DNA of 32,000 nt from Promethearchaeum syntrophicum (GCF_008000775.2 NZ_CP042905.2:3630001-3662000), one strand, 5' to 3'. Shown: positions 17,167 to 27,102, numbered from the stretch's first letter. Notes: generated by a model from the sequence alone, not told the origin. Translations and numbers: made by a program.

Positions 17167-19308
17167 ATGTCAAATAATGGAAATTTAACTAAAAATTCAG
17201 AATTGCACCATGGGAAAGGGTCTATGGATCCTGATAAAGACCCAGATAATGACTTGAATTTTGAGTTTAGATATAAAAATGACAAATTTTTGACTAAAAA
17301 ACTTATTAATCGTATAGAAACCCTCTCGTTTGATATTCCTAAAGATGAAAAAATTACTGCCATGTTCTGTGACCTTCAATGGGATGATTCAACACCATTT
17401 TTTGTGATTTATCTAATACCATTAATTTTTTCTATGTCGATGATGATCCCAGGATTTTTGATTGATGGAATGTCAATAATATCGCTTTTTATTTTACCAT
17501 TAGGTTTATTATTATCATATATTATTATAATTCTTATTACAAAAACGAGACCTTTCAAGATTTTGCTTTTTACAGAGAAATCTATCAATTCAATTCATTT
17601 ATTTAGAAGTGGGTCGTTTCATAAATATATCCCCTATGACAGAATCTCATTTCTTGCTATTGATAAAAATACCATATCGATAGAAGATAAAAATAAAAAG
17701 GCTTACATCAAATTTTCCATGAATTATAATAAAAATACGTTTCTAAAAACAGTAAGAGAGTTGATATATAATCACTTGGGAGAAAATTCTCTAGTAGAAT
17801 ATGAAAATGATATAATTAAGACGCGAGTTGAAGATTTAAAAGAAAAAATTGAAACCTCTAAATCAGGAAAATTTGCGGAAAAAAATAGAAAAAAAAGGTT
17901 TAAAGAAATTGAAGGACTAAGCGTCCCAATAAAAATAGGATTGCACAATTATAATTCTAATGAAAATAGTGTTAAGTTAATTAAGAAGAAAATTAGATCA
18001 TCCAAAACGACAATAATCGTCTCAATACTTATTGTAATTCCAATTATTGTCCTCATCACAATCTTTTTCTCTTCATCCTTAACAGTTATGATAATGACAT
18101 TTATAATAGGTCCGTTGATATTAGGTGTTTTTATTATTATTTCAATTCAAGAATATCATAGACTAACGAATTTTACAAATTCAGATAAATCTACAATACG
18201 GATATTGGAAGATGGCTTGGAGATAATTAATAACGACAATAAAGATCTTGGTGGCGTGATTAAAGTGCCGTTTAAGACCGATATGATTATTAAACCATAT
18301 GGTTATATAAATCCCAGCTACTCGAAATATAGTATTAATTATAATACTATTGATATTTTAAGATGGCTTCATCCACAATACAAAATTAAGATTGGAAAAA
18401 TAGAAAATATTCGGGATTTCTACAATAACCTCTACATAGCTTATTTTAAATGGTATAAATCCACCCAAGGTGACAAGATCCTTTCAACGGATGAAATTTT
18501 TAACAAATTTATACATACTGATGATTTCAACAAGAAATTGTATAATACTATGAAACAATCAATTCAAAACTTCCTATGTGATGTAAAACGTTCCACTTAT
18601 CGTTTTAATAGGATTGAATCTATCATGAAAACTGTCAATCTGACGGATATTGACGAAATAAAAAAACCATTAAAAAAACTAGAAGATCTTCCTGAAATAA
18701 TTGAGATTCCAGAAGGAGTGATAAATCCTGATTGTGGCTCTGAATCTGAAGGGGATAAAATCAGAACTAGGGATTTACTTGAGTGGAGTCTTATTTATCC
18801 AAAAGAATTCTACCAATTTTATATAAATGATGATGAAAAGATACTATTTGCCTATCATCCATCAAGTAACATAAAAATCGGAACTTTTGTAAAAAGAATC
18901 GTTGTTTTAGTTACATTATTTTTTATATCAACCTATTCAGTTTATCTATTATCTGATGAGATTGTTTCGGCATTATTTCTAACTACTATTCTTTTTCTCT
19001 GCCCGATTTTTAAAATTTTCACTGGAATAGACACATACAAAAGAGAAATAATCTTTACTGATAAGAAAATTCTTAACTTGAGTTATATGAATCTATATTT
19101 TACAACCTATACCAATATTGAAAAAGCTTCAAAATATCACCAGAAATCGGATAAAATCCTCAAAAAATTAGTCCTCTCTCTAAAAACAAATGCTACAAGT
19201 ACCACAAATATAAATATTCATTCAATTAATATAAAAAAACTTCCCCTAAACTCACCAATCTTTGCGATATTATCTAAAAAAGGTGTTTCATTATATAGGA
19301 GTGATTAA
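17167..19308 (+). CDS. Membrane protein with three [TM-hairpin + soluble PH-like domain] modules (YdbS/YdbT-like topology)
   Basis: The 713-aa product has three pairs of adjacent TM helices at ~aa 77-124, ~282-328 and ~575-620. Module 1 begins with DEKITAMF and module 3 with DEKILFAYHP. In these two modules the hairpin is followed by a motif like ILLFTEKSINSI...IPYDRISFLAI or REIIFTDKKILNL...YTNIEKAS. This resembles the bacterial PH (bPH_2) signature Y-x-hT-x-x-R/K-h. The gene starts 1 nt after the upstream stop. Confidence 0.45.
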   Translation: MSNNGNLTKNSELHHGKGSMDPDKDPDNDLNFEFRYKNDKFLTKKLINRIETLSFDIPKDEKITAMFCDLQWDDSTPFFVIYLIPLIFSMSMMIPGFLIDGMSIISLFILPLGLLLSYIIIILITKTRPFKILLFTEKSINSIHLFRSGSFHKYIPYDRISFLAIDKNTISIEDKNKKAYIKFSMNYNKNTFLKTVRELIYNHLGENSLVEYENDIIKTRVEDLKEKIETSKSGKFAEKNRKKRFKEIEGLSVPIKIGLHNYNSNENSVKLIKKKIRSSKTTIIVSILIVIPIIVLITIFFSSSLTVMIMTFIIGPLILGVFIIISIQEYHRLTNFTNSDKSTIRILEDGLEIINNDNKDLGGVIKVPFKTDMIIKPYGYINPSYSKYSINYNTIDILRWLHPQYKIKIGKIENIRDFYNNLYIAYFKWYKSTQGDKILSTDEIFNKFIHTDDFNKKLYNTMKQSIQNFLCDVKRSTYRFNRIESIMKTVNLTDIDEIKKPLKKLEDLPEIIEIPEGVINPDCGSESEGDKIRTRDLLEWSLIYPKEFYQFYINDDEKILFAYHPSSNIKIGTFVKRIVVLVTLFFISTYSVYLLSDEIVSALFLTTILFLCPIFKIFTGIDTYKREIIFTDKKILNLSYMNLYFTTYTNIEKASKYHQKSDKILKKLVLSLKTNATSTTNINIHSINIKKLPLNSPIFAILSKKGVSLYRSD

Positions 19309-19311
19309 ATA

Positions 19312-20808
19312 ATGGAAAACAACAACAATAATCAACTAGATCCAGATAAAAAGGAGATTGTGGCAAATAATCAAGATTTAAAAATTCAAAATTCAATATT
19401 GCATGAAGATAATGAAGATAATGAGCAAATTTTATTTTTTAAACAAAAGATCGAGAAGATCTTAAAGGAATATGTTACAGTATTTGAAGTAGAAGAAAAA
19501 AACGAGATAGAAGAGAAAGAAAGGATTAAAGACACTGAAGATGATGTGAAAAAAATCCTTCCTGAATTTATTATTTGTATTACTAGAAAAGATTCTATTG
19601 AAGAATTAGAAATGATGAAAGACCATCTTAATCAGTCTGGATTTAAATTCACTTTGAATATAATAAAGAAGGAAGATCCCAAAGACTATGCGAATCGAAA
19701 AGAGATTATTGATTATATAGATTCGGTAGAAAAAAAAAATTACGGAAATAATTCTATTTCAAATGATGATAGAATTCATAAATACACTCTCTTTAGAATG
19801 AAGTTTAATCCTATTAGTCCCCTTTTTTATCAGAAAATGAAGAAGAAATCACGTAATAACATTTTAGATAGAAAAAAAATCAATCTGAATTTAACACGTT
19901 TATCTCTTTCGTTGCTTGGCTTAGCCCTTTTTATTGTTATTCAAGTAAATATTTTAACAGATCACTCGGATTTTACATCATCTTTTTTGAATTCCTTTGG
20001 AACTTCAGATGAGGAAACTAAAAAAATAAATATTTTGTATTTAGTTTTAGGATTTGTATCCATCATATTGGTTCGTGAAATTACTTACTTAATAACTTCC
20101 AGGATTCGAGATGTTAAATATGAAACACCTTATTTTGCTAGTTTAGATAATTTATCTGTCAAAAAATTAAATCCTAACAATATGTTTGATTTAGCCGCTT
20201 CGCGTATTCTTTCAGGATTTCTATGCTCTCTGTTATTATTAATAATGGGTTTGGTATTATCAGAGCAAATTCCAACAAGTCTTTTAATCTCTAATAAAAC
20301 GGGAGATCATATAAACAGATATAATCTATTGACTCAATTATTGAAAAATCTCTTTTTTTCAGATCAAAATAATTTCATTGAGATATTATATGGCGATTCT
20401 ACTTATCTATTACCTAAATATACCATTCTAATGCACCCTCTTGCTTACGCAGGACACTTGGGGCTTCTATTGACTCTCTTCAGTATTTTTCCAATCCAAT
20501 ACACTGATGGCGGAAAAATGTATTATGCTGTATTTAGAAATAAATATGGTCATTGGATCGGATTAGCATTAGTTGCAGTACTTATTGCAACACTGATAGT
20601 TTTTTCTGAGTATGTGTTTTTAATTATCGCTATTTTTCTAATAACTGGAATTAAAATTTATGATTCTAAATATCAAATAGAAGATTTAAAATTCAATTTA
20701 TACCCAATATCAAAAGGAAGAAAAAAATTTCTTATTCTATTTGTGATTTTAATAGTATTGATTTTTCCAATTTCAACATTAGTCAACTTTTTTGGATATT
20801 TGTACTAA
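19312..20808 (+). CDS. Site-2-protease (peptidase M50, EGY-like) homologue lacking the HExxH zinc site, with an acidic N-terminal cytoplasmic domain
   Basis: The membrane core is collinear with the M50 consensus. VREITYLITSRIRDVKYETPYF aligns with xHExGHxxxARxxGVKxxxPYF. NMFDLAASRILSGFLCSLLLLIMGL aligns with xLFDIAxAGPLAGFxxSLxxLxxGL. HPLAYAGHLGLLLTLFSIFPIQYTDGGK aligns with HPLAFAGWxGLLVTALNLLPxGxLDGGH. The H-E-x-x-H is replaced by R255-E-I-T-Y259 (20074..20088). The Asp of LDG is kept (D399, 20506..20508). An AGGAGTGA SD lies upstream. Confidence 0.6.
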   Translation: MENNNNNQLDPDKKEIVANNQDLKIQNSILHEDNEDNEQILFFKQKIEKILKEYVTVFEVEEKNEIEEKERIKDTEDDVKKILPEFIICITRKDSIEELEMMKDHLNQSGFKFTLNIIKKEDPKDYANRKEIIDYIDSVEKKNYGNNSISNDDRIHKYTLFRMKFNPISPLFYQKMKKKSRNNILDRKKINLNLTRLSLSLLGLALFIVIQVNILTDHSDFTSSFLNSFGTSDEETKKINILYLVLGFVSIILVREITYLITSRIRDVKYETPYFASLDNLSVKKLNPNNMFDLAASRILSGFLCSLLLLIMGLVLSEQIPTSLLISNKTGDHINRYNLLTQLLKNLFFSDQNNFIEILYGDSTYLLPKYTILMHPLAYAGHLGLLLTLFSIFPIQYTDGGKMYYAVFRNKYGHWIGLALVAVLIATLIVFSEYVFLIIAIFLITGIKIYDSKYQIEDLKFNLYPISKGRKKFLILFVILIVLIFPISTLVNFFGYLY

Positions 20809-20821
20809 TTTAACACTTTTT

Positions 20822-21967
20822 TCATTTTTTAAAGAGTAATTTCACATCATTTTGCTCTTCGACCCAATATTGATCGAAGATTTCCTTAGCTCGTTCACGC
20901 TGACTCTGGTGTTTCTTTAGAAAGTGGATTATCTTTTCTTGAAGATATATTTTACATTGACCACAGAGACGTTCTCCCTTCCGGCATTCTTCATCAATGG
21001 TTGAGATTATTTTATTGTCCATTTCAAAAAGCATGAAGAGATATTTAAACACGGAACAAATTTCAGGATTCCCCCCTTTTTCTCTTTGTTCTTTGGCTGA
21101 TCCCCGTCCGCCAGTAAATGCTCTATTAATTTTCTTTTTGATAGTAGCTATATTATCTGTTGTGTATATGGCTCCAACGCCTTCAGAAGCTGACATTTTC
21201 CCCCCTTGTTTTAGTCCTGGAAGAAATAGGCATTGAATTGAAGCGGGTTTATAGTAATTCAATTTCGGTAATACGTCCCGTGCAATACGAAAGTGAGGAT
21301 CTTGGTCAACAGCATGAGGGATTAGGCACGGGACATTATTTCCAGTAATAACACTCTTCATAATGGCTGGAACTGCTTGCATGCTAGTATAAAAGATTTT
21401 CCCAATATTAGAACTCTCGTTTAATCCAAAAGATGCTTTAATCATAGAAAAAGTTATCCGATTGGCTATTAATGCCGCTTGGTTGTACATAAATTTTGCA
21501 ATTCCTGTGTTAGAGAAAATATGGGTTTTTTTAGGATCAAAACCCATAGCGATCACATCTAAAGCGTTTTCTCGGGCGAGAGCTTGAGCTTTTTTTAATG
21601 AAATATCATCTTTGAAATAAAATTTTTCATCATCAGTCATTTGGAAAAAGAGTTCAACACCAAACTTATCTTGTAACCACTTAGTAAATAACCAAGGCAT
21701 AATATGTCCCAGATGCACACTTCCTGAGGGACCCCGTCCAGTATAAAGATAAAATACGTTTCCTTTTTCATATTCGTCCAATATCCAATTCATGTCTCTG
21801 TGAGCAAAAAAAATCCCATGAGTAAGATATGGATGTAAAACTCTGGTGTGTTTTTTAATTCTTCTTAAAAGATTTTTATCTATCAGTTGAATCCCAAATT
21901 CTTTAATCAGTTTTGAGTAATCAACATCCCCAATTACTTCCCAAGGGGTTACTTTAAAATTTTCCAT
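20822..21967 (-). CDS. trpS: Tryptophanyl-tRNA synthetase (archaeal/eukaryotic type)
   Basis: The N-terminus VTPWEV...VDYSKLIKEFG is characteristic of archaeal/eukaryotic TrpRS. The class I HIGH motif appears as SVHLGH and KMSKS as KMSAS. The 381-aa length fits. There is a C-terminal Cys4 motif. Confidence 0.88.
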   Translation of the reverse strand: MENFKVTPWEVIGDVDYSKLIKEFGIQLIDKNLLRRIKKHTRVLHPYLTHGIFFAHRDMNWILDEYEKGNVFYLYTGRGPSGSVHLGHIMPWLFTKWLQDKFGVELFFQMTDDEKFYFKDDISLKKAQALARENALDVIAMGFDPKKTHIFSNTGIAKFMYNQAALIANRITFSMIKASFGLNESSNIGKIFYTSMQAVPAIMKSVITGNNVPCLIPHAVDQDPHFRIARDVLPKLNYYKPASIQCLFLPGLKQGGKMSASEGVGAIYTTDNIATIKKKINRAFTGGRGSAKEQREKGGNPEICSVFKYLFMLFEMDNKIISTIDEECRKGERLCGQCKIYLQEKIIHFLKKHQSQRERAKEIFDQYWVEEQNDVKLLFKK

Positions 21968-22079
21968 GGTTAATCCTTTTTTGTTTTTTTATGGTTATTT
22001 TTAATTCTTATTCATTTATATCCCTAAAAAAAAAATTTATTCTTAATTAAATATATTAAAAATGTTTGAAAATACAGCA

Positions 22080-22129
22080 GCTCTAAGATAGCAGATCAAA
22101 ATATAGAGATCTTTACACTTTCTTAGAGC
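22080..22129. other. Extended hairpin (9-bp outer stem plus 5-bp inner stem) in the acs/trpS intergenic region
   Basis: GCTCTAAGA (22080..22088) is the perfect reverse complement of TCTTAGAGC (22121..22129). Inside the loop, AGATC (22093..22097) pairs with GATCT (22108..22112). Confidence 0.5.
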
Positions 22130-22367
22130 AAGTGCCAAGGCCAAGAATTTAAAAGAAAAGAATCAGAGGTTTGTGAATTAATAAAAAAATATTCAAGTTT
22201 TTCTTTAGCCATAATGATACCTTCTGAACTAAAAATAGTAATAACCATTTATTAAAAAACATTTCCAACATCTTAAGGTGTGTTTTTACACTATATGCCA
22301 AAATAATGATTGTGTTTAATAAACTTGATCAAGAAATGGATAAAAAAAAAGAAAAGAAACTTACTAT

Positions 22368-24083
22368 TTAATTCACATCCCATTTACCATTAGATCTAAG
22401 GGTTTCGCTAATTTTTAAACCACGTTTCCGTAATTCGACATAATCAACCTTTTTCGTCCGATTTAAAGGCATTTCACCAGGTTCAATAATTTCAAAATGA
22501 AGTGGACGTTTATATGAGGCAATTTCGGGTAAGATTTGTTTTATTTCTTCAACGTTTAATTCAGTTTTTGGGTTTTTTGCAACAAAGGCAATTATACCTT
22601 CACTAAAAATTTTGTGTGGGGCACCGACAACTCCAACCATCATTATTTTTTCTTTGAATTTATTTTGAATGAAATCTTCGATTTCTGCAGGAAAGACTTG
22701 ATATCCTTTTGGTTTAATTACATTTTTTGCGCGTCCCGAGAGATGTAACCCATTTTCATCATAAGAACCAAGATCTCCGGTATAGCAGAATCCGTCAGTG
22801 GAAATAGTACGTCGAGTTTTTTCTTCATCATTTAAGTATCCTAAAAATACTTGTGAACCTGAGAAACAGATATGCCCGATTTCTCCGCCTGATAATTCCA
22901 AACCAGCGGAACCATCCTCATTCATTTCTTTTCGTATACTGAGAGGGCATAGAGGGGATTTATATCCAATTTTTCCATATACTTCATCAACTGAATTACT
23001 TAACTTACAATACACTGGCACTCCGCTCATTTCAGTAATCCCATACCCTGAACCAAAAATCGGACTAAATAGTTTAAGTTGAGACAGGAATTCTTTTGTT
23101 GCAGTTTGCCCAACTGATAAAGCCCAACGTAAAGAAGAAACATCATATTCCTTATAATTAGGGATTTGCCACATTATTGAATACATTGCGGGAACCATAC
23201 CAAGAATAGATACCTTATATTTCTGGATTGCATCAAGAGATTGAACTGGGTTAAACATATGAAGTAAACATGAGATACCCCCCAAATATAACATAGTCAT
23301 ATGTTGGATAATTGTACCCCCCGCATGCGATGGAGGTAGGTTCACCAGCATGACGTCGCTTTTAGCACCTTTCCAAGCTACTTTAAATCCAATACTTTGA
23401 ATGAGAATTCCTTCGCTGCTTATTAAAGCAGGTTTTGGGTATCCCGTACTCCCAGTGGTAAACAGCATTACAATGGGATCACGTTTGGTAACTTGTTTTT
23501 GGAAATCATCAAGACTTTTAAGATCAAATTCTTGGTGTTGCATGAAATCACCAAACCCAATTGCGTTATCAACTATTAAATCAGGTTCTCTTTGAAATTG
23601 AATAAATATTTCACATGGTCCACCATTTTTTTTACTATATTTTTTAATCAACGCTTCAATATTTGGTCGAAAATCCGCAATTTCTGTTTTACCTACAGTA
23701 AAATATGCTTTTGGGGATATAATTGAGAAACATCGATCAAGCTCGTTAATTTTAAGTCGTAAATCTAAAGGAGTAATTATTGCTCCAATTCTGGCACATG
23801 CTTGCATTAAGTAAGCATGTTCTTTTAGGAATGGTAATGATGTTGCAATTACATCACCTTTTTTGACTCCTTTTGATATCAATTTTGCAGCAATAATTTT
23901 AGACATTTCGGAAAATTCTTTCCACGAAACTTTTTTCTCTGTATTATATTCAATTATCGCTGTCTTATCCGGCATTTCTTTAGCCCAATGATCTAACCAA
24001 TTAAAGACAAGAGGGTTTTGATCAAGTGCTTTATAGAGTTGTTTACATTGCTCATCTTGTTCAGAATTTAGAATAATATTCAC
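22368..24083 (-). CDS. AMP-dependent synthetase/ligase (acyl-CoA synthetase, ANL superfamily)
   Basis: The ANL core motifs appear in order: LFTTGSTGYPKPA (A3, T-S/G-G-T-T-G-x-P-K), GYGITE (A5), YTGDLG (A7), KPKGYQVFPAEIE (A8) and the C-terminal PLNRTKKVD Lys (A10). The start is GTG at 24083, overlapping an AAAGGTG motif. Confidence 0.85.
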   Translation of the reverse strand: MNIILNSEQDEQCKQLYKALDQNPLVFNWLDHWAKEMPDKTAIIEYNTEKKVSWKEFSEMSKIIAAKLISKGVKKGDVIATSLPFLKEHAYLMQACARIGAIITPLDLRLKINELDRCFSIISPKAYFTVGKTEIADFRPNIEALIKKYSKKNGGPCEIFIQFQREPDLIVDNAIGFGDFMQHQEFDLKSLDDFQKQVTKRDPIVMLFTTGSTGYPKPALISSEGILIQSIGFKVAWKGAKSDVMLVNLPPSHAGGTIIQHMTMLYLGGISCLLHMFNPVQSLDAIQKYKVSILGMVPAMYSIMWQIPNYKEYDVSSLRWALSVGQTATKEFLSQLKLFSPIFGSGYGITEMSGVPVYCKLSNSVDEVYGKIGYKSPLCPLSIRKEMNEDGSAGLELSGGEIGHICFSGSQVFLGYLNDEEKTRRTISTDGFCYTGDLGSYDENGLHLSGRAKNVIKPKGYQVFPAEIEDFIQNKFKEKIMMVGVVGAPHKIFSEGIIAFVAKNPKTELNVEEIKQILPEIASYKRPLHFEIIEPGEMPLNRTKKVDYVELRKRGLKISETLRSNGKWDVN

Positions 24084-24296
24084 CTTTATGATTTTTATTG
24101 ATGTTAAAATAAGATCCCAATCTATTTTACTTCGATTTTAAATCTTAATAATCTTTATTAAATGATTAATCTATGATAAAGGGATAAATAGAATTTTATG
24201 TAGATTTATAGATAGAAAATGTGTAGAATTTATAAAATGCAAGAATAACCGTATACTTTATGAACTAATTTTCTTAAACCTAATTAGGAGTTATTA

Positions 24297-25697
24297 ATGG
24301 AAACTGATAGTAATCACGAGAAAATGCTAAATAATCAAGATAAGATGAAATTACAGAAGGAATTTGCGGATTATAATTTCTTTTTTCGATTATCACATTT
24401 CATACTAAAATACCGGTTATATCGCGGTTTTGATGGTCTACCATTTCTTGGATTACGTATGATCGCCATAGTTTTAGGGAAAATAAATGCAAAGAAGGTT
24501 TATAAGAAACTTCACACTATTTGGCAAATATTATATCCCGATGCGTTTTTAAAGAAAATTAATACAAATAAATGGGCAGATTGTTTTATTACGTTTAATA
24601 TTGAATTATTTTTTATTATTAGCTTTATTTTACCCCTTCATTCGTATAAGAACATTGAAACTTATGCCCCGCTTCAAGGAATAGAGCATTTAGAGAATGC
24701 TTTAAAACGGGGAAAGGGTGCTTTAATAACAACAACTCACTTAGGTCAAAGTGTAAACCCAATTAGCACTTTACTCCATCATAAAATATATATCAATGAT
24801 AAAGAAGAGAAAATTTTTGTGGTTATTCTTACATCACGTTCTAAAGAATTTGTGTTCAGAGAAATTTCGAAAAAATGGGACAATATTGACGTTGTTATCT
24901 CGGGAAAATTTGATACTTTACAAGATATTATCAAAAATCATTTAGAGCAAAATCATTGTGTTTTATTCATGCAAGATTTTTACCATAAAAGTCAATTACG
25001 TGTCCCGTTTATATATAGGAGTAAAAGATATAATTTTTTAGTCCCATGTCCACAAATGGTATCATCATTTCATTTCAATCATGGTTCTCCTGTTTTACCT
25101 ATGCTTTCATTCCCAACGGATGATATTCGAAAGACCAAGTTAATAATATTAGAAGAAATGGATCTTATGAAATTAGATCCCAATGAAGAAGAATCCCTAA
25201 TAAAGGATGAACTTTTAAAATTCCAAAGTGGGAAATTAACCAAAAAGGCCAAATATGGTTTATTATCTTTAAAAATAAATGAATTTTTAAATCCATTAAT
25301 TTTAAAATTTCCATTTTACTGGGAAGAATTATATTCCTTTAAGAAAAAGAGTAGTTTTCGAATTAATTTTAAGGAGGTTAATTCATATTATAAGTTTTTA
25401 GAGTTAACTATTGAACAATTAAAGAAATTTATTGAAAATTCTTACGAACCGGGTCGTGACGACCAAAAAATAATAACAGTTCTAGAAGATATAAAGAAGG
25501 AAATGAAAACTTTAATTAGAGAAAAAGAAGAAGATTTTCATATACATAATAAATTTATTGAAATCGGGAACCTTAACACATTTCAAGCGATAAAAAAAGT
25601 CGTTTCAATTGCATTAGCTTATCAAACTATATTTATTAAAGAAAATTATTCAAATATTGAGAATTTATTGAAAAAACTAATATTATACTCAAAATGA
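24297..25697 (+). CDS. LpxL/HtrB/PatA-like (lysophospholipid acyltransferase superfamily) protein with a ~150-aa helical C-terminal extension
   Basis: The layout resembles the lipid A lauroyl-acyltransferase family. There is an N-terminal membrane-proximal region ending in ...WQILYPD. This is followed by QGIEHLENALKRGKGALITTTHLGQ (compare G-x-E-x-L...GkGvIl-x-x-H-x-G-N-W-E). Next comes NHCVLFMQDF...RVPF, and then GSPVLPMLSF. The acidic residue expected 5 positions after the His is Val here. An AGGAG SD lies 8 nt upstream of the ATG. Confidence 0.45.
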   Translation: METDSNHEKMLNNQDKMKLQKEFADYNFFFRLSHFILKYRLYRGFDGLPFLGLRMIAIVLGKINAKKVYKKLHTIWQILYPDAFLKKINTNKWADCFITFNIELFFIISFILPLHSYKNIETYAPLQGIEHLENALKRGKGALITTTHLGQSVNPISTLLHHKIYINDKEEKIFVVILTSRSKEFVFREISKKWDNIDVVISGKFDTLQDIIKNHLEQNHCVLFMQDFYHKSQLRVPFIYRSKRYNFLVPCPQMVSSFHFNHGSPVLPMLSFPTDDIRKTKLIILEEMDLMKLDPNEEESLIKDELLKFQSGKLTKKAKYGLLSLKINEFLNPLILKFPFYWEELYSFKKKSSFRINFKEVNSYYKFLELTIEQLKKFIENSYEPGRDDQKIITVLEDIKKEMKTLIREKEEDFHIHNKFIEIGNLNTFQAIKKVVSIALAYQTIFIKENYSNIENLLKKLILYSK

Positions 25698-25731
25698 AAA
25701 ATGTAAATAAAATTGGAAAAAAAAATCGTTA

Positions 25732-27096
<1,365 letters not shown>

Positions 27097-27102
27097 TCAC
27101 CT
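27097..27102 (-). promoter_or_regulatory. Shine-Dalgarno site (AGGTGA) for rpoA2, overlapping the rpoA1 stop codon
   Basis: The minus strand reads AAATAGGTGAATCATAATG. The TAG stop of rpoA1 is embedded in AGGTGA, with a 6-nt spacer to the ATG at 27090. Confidence 0.6.
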
